From positions 3,844,001 through 3,908,000 of the forward strand of contig JAYWIR010000010.1 in assembly GCA_036172245.1 (NCBI GenBank): 64,000 nucleotides of DNA. The letters run 5' to 3'. The notes beneath the pieces are model-generated. The model was not told the DNA's origin and did no database searches. It saw only the letters and a program-made list of their open reading frames with translations. The translations under genes and the position numbers were made by a program. Positions 37,651 to 48,283 of the stretch are shown piece after piece; position 1 is the first letter of the stretch, and the number at the start of each line of letters is the position of its first letter. This DNA is from Raillietiella orientalis (lineage: Eukaryota).

Positions 37651-38249
37651 CACCTTCCCCGCGTGCAGCACGCCTTCTCTTCGGACTCCGTCATACTGGA
37701 AAACGAAGGCCCGCAGGCCTCCGCGCACGCGGGTGGGGATCCGCAGGGGACGGACGTCCTGCCTCTGCTATCTGCCCCCCACTCGGAACGCGGATCTCTG
37801 TCGGCCGCCGAAGAAGTAAAGTCGTAGCGAGGGCTCTCGCTCTGACAGCGCGGGCCACTTGAGCCGCCGCGAACCGGGAGACAGGAAGAGATGCATCCGC
37901 TCAGCACGGAGTGCACCTCAGCAGGGTAAAGAGAGAGGGTGGGGGTGCGGAGGAAGAAGGAGGAGGAAGCGAGGTTGCAAGTCATACTACCACTGGGCTC
38001 TCGGATTCCAGAGGGCTCACGAAGAGCTTAGCTCCCGGCGCTGTAGGGAGACTCTCAGATGGCGCCCCTCACCTGGAAGCAGCGGACGCTCTCCATTTTC
38101 CTGGAGGAACGCTGAGAAAGCTCCTCATCGGGGAGAAAGCTAACAGTTTCCCATCAAAGAGTGCCGTTCCCGGAGAATCTGTGGGAGGAATCAGGAGGTC
38201 GGTCCCTGCTCTCGAGCGCCGACCGCGATGCGGAGGACCCGTTCGTCTC

Positions 38250-39200
38250 AGAGCCCTTCCGAGAAATGAAGGGGCACAGGTGGCTGTGGGGACGGTGCGA
38301 GGCTGAGAGGAAACGGGAACGCGCCGTTCTCACTTCGGATGAGGGGGCGGCGGATCCCTGGAGCAAGGAGCAACGAAGGAATGGTCGGGAAGATTCTCTC
38401 CGCGTGCTGCTGCTGCGTGCGGTCAGGCCCTCGAAAACGCGGCCGGAAAGCGCGCCTCCCGCCCGAAACCAAGGGAGTAGACAGGCTGCTGCAGCTGTGT
38501 CTCTTTCACTCCCCCTACCCCGTTTGCACCGATGCTTTGCCGTGCCTTGTCATTCCCCCACCAGTGCCCCTTACTTCCTCTTCCCCCTGTCGAGGTGCAG
38601 CAGCGCCAGCAGCTATGCGCTTCTTATCCTCGTTCCGTCTGTTCCTCCGCCGTCTCTCCATCTCGAAGGGTTGCGCCCCGTGGAACGACCGCCTGGTTTC
38701 GGGCTTCCGTCGCTTCCCTCTTCCCCTTTAGCATAGAAGGGGAAAAGGCCAGGGGCGTGGTCCTTCCTTACTGCTTTCAAAACCGATACAAAGCAGGGGG
38801 CGAACTCGGGGCTTCCCGCCGAAGCAGCCGCTACTTCCTCCTCCCTGCTTCTCAGAGGGCGCTTCGAGGAATGCAGACGCGCCATCGTCCCTCCAGCGTG
38901 AGGCAACTGTTCCAGAGCTCCAGGCCGCCGTCGAGGACAGCGACGCGAAAAACAGTCCAGGAACCTTTTCGCAACCACTCTCTTTCTGTGCCACGGACTC
39001 TCAGCTGCCAGGTGGGCGAGCATAACGCATGTAAACGGCGGATGCTGCGCTTCGCCTGTGTCTTTTCCCCTTCGCATCCGAACGCAGTGGCGGCGATGGC
39101 ACTTTTCGCTCTTCCCCCCCACCCTCTTCTTGTGACCGGACCTACACCTGCGTCCTCTTGCGCCCCGGACGTCCTTGCGGTCGACCGCGCGATCCCGCGG
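38250..39200 (-). mobile_element. LINE ORF1 fragment J
   Basis: Inverted homologue of fragment I. FAPCFVSVL...LFPF and ENLPDHSFVAPCSRDPPPPHP resemble the I/Jockey-group ORF1 layout upstream of the knuckles. Confidence 0.5.
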
Positions 39201-39248
39201 GGTTGGCGCACGTGGATCCAACGCGCGGAGAGGAACCCTTCCCCACTC

Positions 39249-39770
39249 GGAAGGCGCACACCCGAAGGCTCCTTTCGCTTGGCAAACTCTTCAAGTTATG
39301 GGGGACAACCCCATGAATCCAGGAAGGGCTCCGGGGCAAGGAGTTCGTTCCTCTTACACTTGGGAGGGAACCCTGAAGGAAACCACCTCTTTGTTTTCTC
39401 TGGAGGGACCCCCCGGAAAGAAGCCACTCCTCGTTTCCTCCCCTGAGGAGAACCCGGAAAGGATCCGCTCCTGGAATTCCTTCTCCGGAGGGAAACCGCA
39501 AGGAAACCGCTCCTTGCTTGCTCCTCTGAAGAGAACCCCGAAGGTACGTTCCCGAATTTCTCTGGGGGGCGCTCCCCGAAGGGAGCGACGCTCTTCTTTG
39601 CACTCTGAACAGGAGGCCACCGAGAGGAGTATCAACCAGCTCCGTGGTACGAGATGGAGGGTCCCTGCAAAAGAGGGGAAAGGGGAGGGGAGGACGGCTC
39701 CATTTTCACAACCGGAGGGGAACACGAAGGGCTCCTTGATTCCTGGAAGGACGCCGAAGGGTCAGCTTCC
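39249..39770. repeat. Degenerate tandem array of ~40-nt hairpin-forming units
   Basis: About 9-10 units of approximate form GGAGGGAAC-CC(GAA/GCAA/GAGA/GGAAA)GG-..CTCC plus a pyrimidine linker. Perfect 7-bp stem CGCTCCC-CGAA-GGGAGCG at 39570-39587. Confidence 0.75.
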
Positions 39771-39903
39771 AATCCCGGCCAGTAGACGGAGACACCTGGT
39801 TTCCACCAATGCCGCGCCAGAAGTCCACAAGGCCAACCAGCGTCGTCCTACCGGGAAGGGAACTCCAAACCCATGACGCACTCCTCTTTTTCGGCGTCTC
39901 TCA

Positions 39904-39995
39904 TTTCCCGGGCGGGATTCGAACCCGCGACTCCCGGTGTCACGCTCGGAGACTGCAGCAGCCACGCACGCGCCCACTAACGCAGACCACGTCTC
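39904..39995 (-). pseudogene. tRNA-derived sequence (tRNA pseudogene or SINE-like Pol III head)
   Basis: Minus strand has a perfect T-arm/B box GCGGG-TTCGAAT-CCCGC (39912-39928) and an upstream A-box-like GTGGTCTGCGTTAGTGG (39974-39990). No clean acceptor or anticodon stem. Confidence 0.6.
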
Positions 39996-42399
39996 CTCGC
40001 CGCCCGCACGCGTGCGCGTGCTTGCGAGTACCTCGCAGGGACCATCCCACCCCCCCTCCACTGCGACGTGGCTCCACCATCGCCCTATCGGACAGATTCC
40101 GATCTCCGGGAAAAGTCCTCGAAAGCGAAACTCTCGTTTTTCTTTTCCTCCTCCTTGCCTTTCCTTTTTCCCCGCCTCCTCTCCGTGCTTCGCTTTCCGC
40201 TCCCCTTTCAGACCTTCCAGCGTGGGACGGGAACCCGGAACGGCTGGGAGAATCCCCGAACCGGCGCTCCCGGAGCGGGAGCGAACGCCTAGGACGGCCG
40301 TCCGTCTCGGAGAAGTGCACTTCAGCCGAGAGAAGCCGCCCTGGAACCGTTCCGGAACTCGATATTGACGTTGGAGAATGCTGCTCCGGAGAAGAAAGGG
40401 AGCAAGGAGGAGAAGAAATGCTACCATGGTTCCAGCCGGATGCTGAGGAGCTGCGAATGCTCTGAGCTTTTCCGCTGCAGCTTCTTGCTCCAGGATGCCC
40501 GAGTGGATACGGCTTTTGCTTTTAATCAAGTGATCCTGGCTTCCGGACGGAGAGAGGACTGTTTATCGTTGGGTCCAGATCGTATTCTGCGTTGCTACAA
40601 ACACAAGGATCGTGGCAAATTCGACTCCAGTTCCATCGCAAAGGCTGACTTGACCTGTTCCATTAATTATCGATGATCATTTGATAACGCTCCATCTTAC
40701 GTGATCGAAATATAATACTAATTAGGGTCGAAGTTGACAACAGCACACACACAAAAATAGATAATTTAATTGCACTTGCGCATCTTGAAAAGCTCCTCCT
40801 CTCTTCTCTTCTTTTTTTCCTAACACACCCGCTGGAAGGGAATCCGGAGTGACTTCCGAAAATGTCGAAAATGTGTTTGATTTGCATGCTTTTATGGCAT
40901 CAGCACGTTACACGCAACAGTTGGATGATGTTAACAAAATTGGATGCTGCTTCATGAGCATTTGTTCATTAAGAGCTAGCCTGGGCTCCAAAGATTAAAT
41001 TTTTTGCTTCCTTAATCATAGAATTCCCGCTCAAGGGATAGAAAGAAAAAAAGAGAGAAGAAGCGAAAAACCGATTATTTTCCTCTTTAATTTGTAGAGC
41101 TTGTCCTTCATCTGCATTAATCAAGTGAGGAAATAATGGAGTTCTTCGAATATTCATCACGGATGAACACATCCGTGGAAATTGCAGGTCTTGAAAAAGG
41201 AAAACAAATGCATCACTAAATTTCCCTGAAATAAAATAATAAAGCTGTCTAAAAAAAAAAGAAAAAAGAAAAAAAAAAAAAAAAAAAAGGAAGAAGAAAG
41301 GACAAACGCGATTGCATGTCTTCAGCCTTTTGCTTGGTATGGGATCCCCGGAACTGCTGAATGTAATCTTTACAGTCCAAGACAACACAGACACACAACG
41401 TGAGTGAGCGTGTTCCACATCACGTTTTCCTGTGTTCCCAGTGAATTCGCTACCGTGCGAGGCCGGTGCGTTATTTTTTTACAACTGAATGTTTTTTCAT
41501 GATGACCGAAGACAAACACGAATCAAATATTCATGAACTCCTTATAAGTGTGTGTGTGTGCGCGTTTTTTTCCCTCTTCCAGAGAATCTGAATGTCAGAT
41601 GGCTATTTATAATTTTAAATAAATTCTTCATGCAATCCTTAGTCACATTAAGAATGTATTATTCAAGATGGAGAATAAAATGCTGAATCTGAAATGAATC
41701 GCCAGCTCAGGGCTGGCAGTGGCTCCGGAGCGATTCCTTCTGGAAACGTGTGATGCGCGGAAAATTATGCTGTTGCGCTCGGTTCCTGTATAATCCCGAC
41801 GGACAGACCAGGAACCGCTTTCTGGTGACAAAAGTCTCTCCCAGGACACGGACCTTTTTCCACATCCCCTTAGAAATGCCCCTTCTAGTCCAGCCTGCAT
41901 GAATAGGTAATTAACGCCTTTGGTAAGCAAGCGAAAGCGTCGCTGCGTATTTTGTTTAGTCCCGCAGCGTGGCAACCGGGATGAGTCGCTAGGAGCGTCC
42001 TTTTCCTCTGTGTAAGTACCACGCTTGTCGGGTCGATGGATTCTTCGGGTTAGATGAATAAATAATAGATCGTGATGCTGTATGTATGCCGACGTGTTCG
42101 TTAGCGTCTGGAGGGAATCCTGGATCTTCGGATTGCGGGCGCTTCGAGCGCCTGACATCCCCAAGCTGCCCTCACAGGAGATCGAATCGGATGCTGCTGC
42201 TGCTACTGTGGATTCTCATCATTGTGCTGATCGGAACCGGGAAGCAAGTGAGTCGGGAGTGCGTGACGAGACAGTCGATGCCTTTTTCCGTGGAGGACAG
42301 AAAGGGTTCTCGAAGGAGACTGCTCGGAGAACAGGGTGGACGTCTCGGAACATCGCGGTGCATCTACGCGTACCCGCGGTGTCTGGGAGAGCGGGCGAA

Positions 42400-44590
42400 A
42401 GGAGCCTTGAGCAGCGGAGGGAACGGAGGGAGGGGACCTGACGCGTTAAGACGGGTAACTGGCGATCGACCTTTCTCCCTACCGAGGGGCGAGGAATGTA
42501 CGCGAAAGCGAACAACTTATGGATGCGGTTCTCCTCCTTCCGGAATGTACAATTGTTGTCTGTGAGGCAGGGGCGGATGCCGAGGGTCTTGTTGCAACTT
42601 CGAGGGACATCCTGGAAGCTGGAGAGCATCTCGCTCTTCTTGGGAAGTAGAAAAGGTACTTTTTGCTTCCAGACGGGGTTCCGGGAGCACCAAGTTTCCC
42701 TCCTTCTCTTACCCCTTCCCGGTTGGCTCGGTAACTTCGCGTCCTTCTGGAAAGTATCCGAGAGCAGTCTGAATCGGTCAGATTCTTCAGGGTGATCTAC
42801 TGATCTGCAGAGTCCCGCATCCACGCTCTCCTCGCTCAAAGGCTCTCCCAAAGCGAGAGAACGGAAGGACCACTGATAAAATCCCTTCGGTTTTCCCCGC
42901 GGGGATAGCTGGGGGCTTCTGGCTGCCGGAGGAATCGTCGCCTAAAGAGCGTCTAATCGGGACACGCTCTGGGTCGAGAAATGAAACTTCGGTGTGAGCG
43001 TCCCGGACCACGAGATGATCCCTCTCGGGAGATTGAGCGAGAAAACGGAGGGTTCCTTGCAGAATTATCTGGGAATTCTGCCTCACCACTGGATTCAGTC
43101 TTCATTGTTTTCCTTACAGCTTCCCCCCTCCCTCTTACTAGATTCGGCTTCTTCCTGCTTGTAACTAATTCTCCGGCGTCCCTTTCCCTTCTTCCCCTTC
43201 TCTCGCGACATCTCCCCTCTTCGTTCCTGGTCGAGACCTTCAGCATTCTTCGAGCTCGGGGCTTTAGGAAGATGGTTATTCTCGTGACCTTGCGCCATCC
43301 GCGCCTCTCATGCTTTGCTCAATTTACCATCCCGAAATCATCCCCAGGGTTCCCAGTGTGAACCTCCGACATTTCTTCCAACGTCGTGCCTCTCCTTTCC
43401 CTGGAGCTCCTTACGATCGGACAGGCTTAGAGTGGGAAAGGATCAGCTGGAGTCTCTGGGTACAGCCGATCTGATCCCCTCTCTCCATCTGTTCCCGTAG
43501 CGCTCTCGGCTGGAGCTCGGTTTCTTTCCTCCGGTTTCCAAGGATCGATTCTTTTATCGCCTCTGAGAAGCGGAGGACGGGCTTTGCTCGGGATAGAGAG
43601 AGATCAGATCACGGGGGCTCTTTTGCAGACAGGTCCGCGAGAGGCAATGAGACTCTTTCTTGTTTCGGAAGGTCAGCTCCTACTTCACACTGCAGCCTCC
43701 AGCTGCCTTTTTCCTTCACCGCACAAATGCTCATCAGGCATTTTAGGCAAGTTTCTTTTCCTTAGCGCGCCTCTGGAATCTCAGTGATTGGGACGTTCTT
43801 CCTCTGCATGGAGTCTTTCTTTCTGTCCTTCCTTCTGCTTTCCCGCTTCAACCTCTCTGCCTTTGGAGGTCACTTGCCGCCTGGTGCTTGGATTCCGTGC
43901 AAGCACCCTGAGGCACTTTCGTGTGTGAGAGTACAGCTGGACACGGTTTCAGGAATCTCCCTCATCTTTCCTGAGATGCTGATGGCTGTGCTGGAATCTC
44001 TGTCTACTTTCTTGAAAACAGGTTTCTGAGATCCCTATCCTCTCTTTCTTTTCTGTCTGGCCCTGGTCTGCTTCTTGCTTGAATGTCTCTTATTATCCTT
44101 TATACATGTTGAGGTGGAACGGTAGAATAGGTGCAGAGAGGGAAGGAAAGTCGAGTTGCCAACTCTTTTTCTGAAGAGCCTTTCAGGACACGCGCGCTTG
44201 AAGAGAAGGGTTTCCTGTTGTTTTCCTGTAACTCAACATCTGTTCTTCCGTATGCGTTGCAGACTAAAGTGAGCTGTCAGGAAGTGTTTGTTTTCGAGGG
44301 GGCGGTTTCGGTGAACAACGCAACACCTGAGCTCGCCGAGCTCTCATCAGGCAGGCGCATCTGCAATCTTTGGGCCCGTCTATCCATTGCGGCCAGGAAT
44401 GTCTGCCTACCCTCCCTGCTGCCTCCGTCACACTACTTTTTTCTGCCCTTCCAGAAGTCTTCCACCAGCAGCTCTTAAGTTTCCCTTTGATGTCCCTCGA
44501 TGCTCCTCAACCGCTTGCCAAGTTTTCCGATTTCATCGTCCACTTCGCTACTTCTCTAGAGAGGGTGGCCTTCTGCTATTCTGGCACCAA
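42400..44590 (-). mobile_element. Decayed Ty3/Gypsy LTR retrotransposon (gag, protease, RT N-terminus)
   Basis: In order on the minus strand: PBS, knuckle remnant AKEK/ETCLKC (~43750), protease-like AVP.DS.AD (~43455), VSFLDPERVP (~42975), SVDHPEESDRFRLLSD (RT motif 1/2-like, ~42790). Many stops and frameshifts. Confidence 0.55.
44579..44589 (-). promoter_or_regulatory. Putative primer-binding site TGGTGCCAGAA (tRNA-Leu type)
   Basis: Minus strand reads ...GCA GT TGGTGCCAGAA, i.e. an LTR-like CA end, 2 nt, then a near match to the TGGTGTCAGAA PBS common in Gypsy elements, directly upstream of the gag relic. Confidence 0.5.
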
Positions 44591-46746
44591 CTGCTTTCCG
44601 GATTCTCCTTTCAAGAATCCAGGTGCTGCTCGTAGACTTGAACTCTCGAAACAAACACCCGCGGTCTCCCTGAGCAGAAAAGATGCGTCAGCGTGGAGCA
44701 GAAACGGAGCCGAAAACCCTGAAAGAACACGGGATAACCGACACTTTCCGGAACAGCTGGCATGGTTACGCTTGGAAAATGAGCAAAGCCTCAAGGACGA
44801 ATGAGGTGTTTTCCATTTGAGAGCGGAAAGAGCTCTGCGCCGAGAATGTGAATGTGCAATTTACAAGACGATTATGGACACACGTGTTTCGATACCCACT
44901 CCTTTCCTGTTAGCATCTGTGTGTGTGTGTGAGTGTGTGTGCTTTTGAATATTCCAGCGCAGAAGATAGCGATCCGCAAGGTCATTCACGGGAGAAGATG
45001 TGCGATCTTCGCCGATCCGCACCTGTTCAGTTCCTCATGCCGTTCACCTCTGGAACCCGGAAAAACCTCCCAGTTCGTGTGTGTGTGCGATGGGGTTTCT
45101 CACGTGGGAAAATCAGGACGGGAAGGCAAAAGAGGTCCGCATGAACCGGTGCCCGCGAAGCGTCATCCCCAAAGCGTCACACACAGCTCGTGTAGGGGGC
45201 CTCCATGAGCCCAGCAGGGAGAGAAGATGACCCCTCACGTTATCCACGCGCTGAACAGGGCAAAGAGAATGTGGCGTCTGTGGTGTTCCGTTCGTTAGAA
45301 GAAATGCGGGGCGGGGCGAATGGGCTGACTCGCGCGCTGCTGCATTGCGGTCACTCGGAGGGAGTTGTTTCACGTTCCCCCGAAGTTTACGAAATGACCC
45401 ACCACCACCACCACCACCACCACTCCCAAGCGACCGGAACCACGGCGTGGCTCGGACCCTAGCGGTTGGTCCTCTGCTCCGGGCGAAACCTCGAGATCAG
45501 CCCAGGGGTGGGGCCGTGGAGCCCCCAGCGTGCTCCACGCCGGTGCTGGCGTAACCTGACCGCGCGCGCTCCCGTTCTTGGCGGGGCTTGCGAGCCGTTC
45601 CGCAGGCACCACCGAGCGGAGCCGCGATACTTGCATTCATTAGCATTCATCTTGTATGGAGGAGAGGATAGCTCCGGCTTCCTCTCCCGAGCGTTCCCGC
45701 ATTCCTTTTCGGATGAATTTTTAATTCGGAGGACAGCGCTTCTTCCTCCCCGAGATAAAACAGCGATGATAAGCTGGAAGAAATCGCCTGAAATAAATTG
45801 TGATTAGCGACTAATGGAGCTTCTCGTTAGTAACACTTGAAAATTACAGAGATGTAGATAGAAGCTGCGTAATGAAGCGTAGCACGTTTGATTTTTTCGA
45901 ACGATAGGAGCTTATAAATCTGCGGGAGAGCGCTGATTGGATCCGATCGACAAATGAAAATTTGATTTATGGCAAAACACTGTGTGCAGGGCTCATCCGT
46001 CATCTACTCCCGGCGTTGCGTTTTGCAATCGCAGAATCTCCCCGGCCGGTCCAGCAGCAGCGTGAGACATCTTTCAGATTTTTAATATCGCAATCTCCAG
46101 AAGATCAAGGAATGTTAATGGGATTCTAAGTACACTCGAGGAGGACGGGACCAATCAAAAGAGAGACCAACGCTTTTCGGGAAAGGTTTTCTTTTCTTTT
46201 TTTTTTTTTTTCTGGCCCTCCTCCTCCTCGTCCTGCCGGCAGCGCGGGGTAGGAGGAGGAAAACGCGATCTCTTCCGTTTCCTGAAGCCCCCGCGTTCGC
46301 TTACGGAACGCGGAGCTCGACCTGATTTCCATGAGAAAAAAAGCTGCAAATCAGGGGAACCCGAACGCCGGGTTTCCCAAAGAAACACTTGATGAACTGT
46401 TTTGGTATGATGGTTCCTGAGAGGGAGATTAGTTTTTCCCATGAAAGCGGCCGAGTCTTGCTTGGATTACTCTCAATGGCTGCTTCATCGGGCTCACAGC
46501 ATGCTATTCATGGTGTGCTTCCATTTTCATTACTCAAGCTGATAGTCAGCAAGCATTACCGATGTGTGTTTCGTGTTGAAAACACGCCAGCAAACTTCCG
46601 ACTTTGCAAAAAAAAAAAAAAACTGCCTTGCACCATAATCAGACGTCGAGAGATGAAAGCAATGTTGTATGGCAAAGGCTTCGATCCGGTTTCTGTCCCT
46701 TCTAATGGCCGCACATCATCCGCAATAACTCGAATTTGAGATCCCT

Positions 46747-46777
<31 letters not shown>

Positions 46778-48253
46778 TCTTTTCTATCTTCCCTGCTTCT
46801 TTAACGAGACTTTTAATTCTATTATTCGCTTATTTCATTTTTATTTTTCCTTTTGAAAAAAGGGATCTTTCAACTCGGATGCTTGCACGAATTCAACGAC
46901 CTCATTAGGGACACGTTGGAAATGGCGGCTAGAGGTGAATCGAAGGAATTGGTTTGCGGAGCTACGAGCGAAATTGGGCATTCCTCTCGCATCCTGGTGA
47001 GCTGGCCTTTACGAAGATCAAATTGCACGGACAGATTCGAACGAAAGCTCTTTTCGCTTGGATCCGTGAGCAGCAGGGACGGAATGCCCGCGCGGAAGGA
47101 ACAGGGCGCGGTTTCTTATTTCTTGGCCAAGCGATGTTTCATCCCTGAACGTGCAGGCATCCTTGGATGGCATCCTCCACGAATTGCGTCCGCCTCCTTG
47201 TTGTCACTTCCGGATGCACCCCAGTGCACGGCCGGAAGTTCGGCTTTCTTCAAGGAAGCGCCCAGTTAGCTCCCCCCGTAGGTTTGGCGACCCAGCTTTG
47301 AGCACCTTCGAACGCGAGCCTTTGCTCTAAATCAACTTAAACCCTAGAGAGGTTCGTCCCGGTGTTTGCGTTTGCAATCTTCTATATCAGTCTGCCTCGT
47401 TTCCAAGGAGTTGGAAATCCTGCGCGTGTCATCATCAGTGGACTCTGGCACGGTTTCAGGTAGTCCAGGTTCCTGCGAGAGCAAGCCGCTCCGCTGTGTT
47501 TGCTGTGAGGTTCTCTTTCGGCACATCCGAGACAAGAGGGAGGGCTGCGCGTCTCCATGGAATCCTGTCCTGCGTTTCACGCGCGGACGGAGCTTTCCCT
47601 CGCTGTCCCGTTGGGGATGAAGCCGGGACGCCCAAGATCCCACCCGAGAGCGGTCCTCTCTCCAGCTTCTTGTCGCTTCGTGCTTTCTCTCGCCTCCGAT
47701 CCACGGCCGCTTTCGGATGCGATTCCCAAGTTCAAGTGCCGATCGATGAAAGATCATTCGTGCTGCCCGGTGTTTCTGGTTCGAAAGATGCCGCGTACGG
47801 GAGAGACACGCCAGGAAGAAAAAAAAAAAAAAAAAATGCGCACACCTCTCGTCGTTTTGGGAGCACCACGTCGTCCCTCCAGTTTTCCAGCGTCGAACGC
47901 TGAAATCGATACGCCAATGGAACAGTCCTGCGGATACTCATTAAGCGGAGCTTTCCTTTTTTTCGTTTTTTTTTTTTTTTTCTCCCATTTCTGCTGAAAC
48001 CGCGGTTCCGATCATCTGATACCCTGTAAGTAACTGTCTGGTGAATTCTCTTGCTGCGAGTTCATTAGCAGCTCTCGACAAGGATACCTTGAGAGAAAAT
48101 GGCACGCTCGAAAAATGAAGCATGCGTTGCAAACACTGCAAAGGAAGAAAGGAAGAAGGAAAAAAAAAACGATCGAGGTCCACGCACGTGAGATGATCTC
48201 CGGGAAGGTTTGCGTTTGGTTCCCCGCGAAGGAAAGCAGCGCTCTCTCTCGCC

Positions 48254-48283
48254 GAAGAAGAAGAAGAAGAAGAAGAAGAAGAA
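48254..48283. repeat. (GAA)n microsatellite
   Basis: Directly visible. Confidence 0.95.

Noticed and set aside
39249..39770. CRISPR array or coding repeat (ORF 39175-39876)
   Set aside because: Units are diverged with no identical repeats or unique spacers, there are no cas genes and the context is eukaryotic. Unit lengths are not constant multiples of three and the peptide shows no repeat.
39904..39995. Functional tRNA gene
   Set aside because: Only the T-arm is intact; acceptor, D and anticodon stems cannot be formed cleanly.
44325..44352. Hammerhead-like CTGATGA-GAGCTC-GGC-GAGCTC on the minus strand
   Set aside because: The stem is followed by AGG, not GAAA, so the catalytic core is incomplete.
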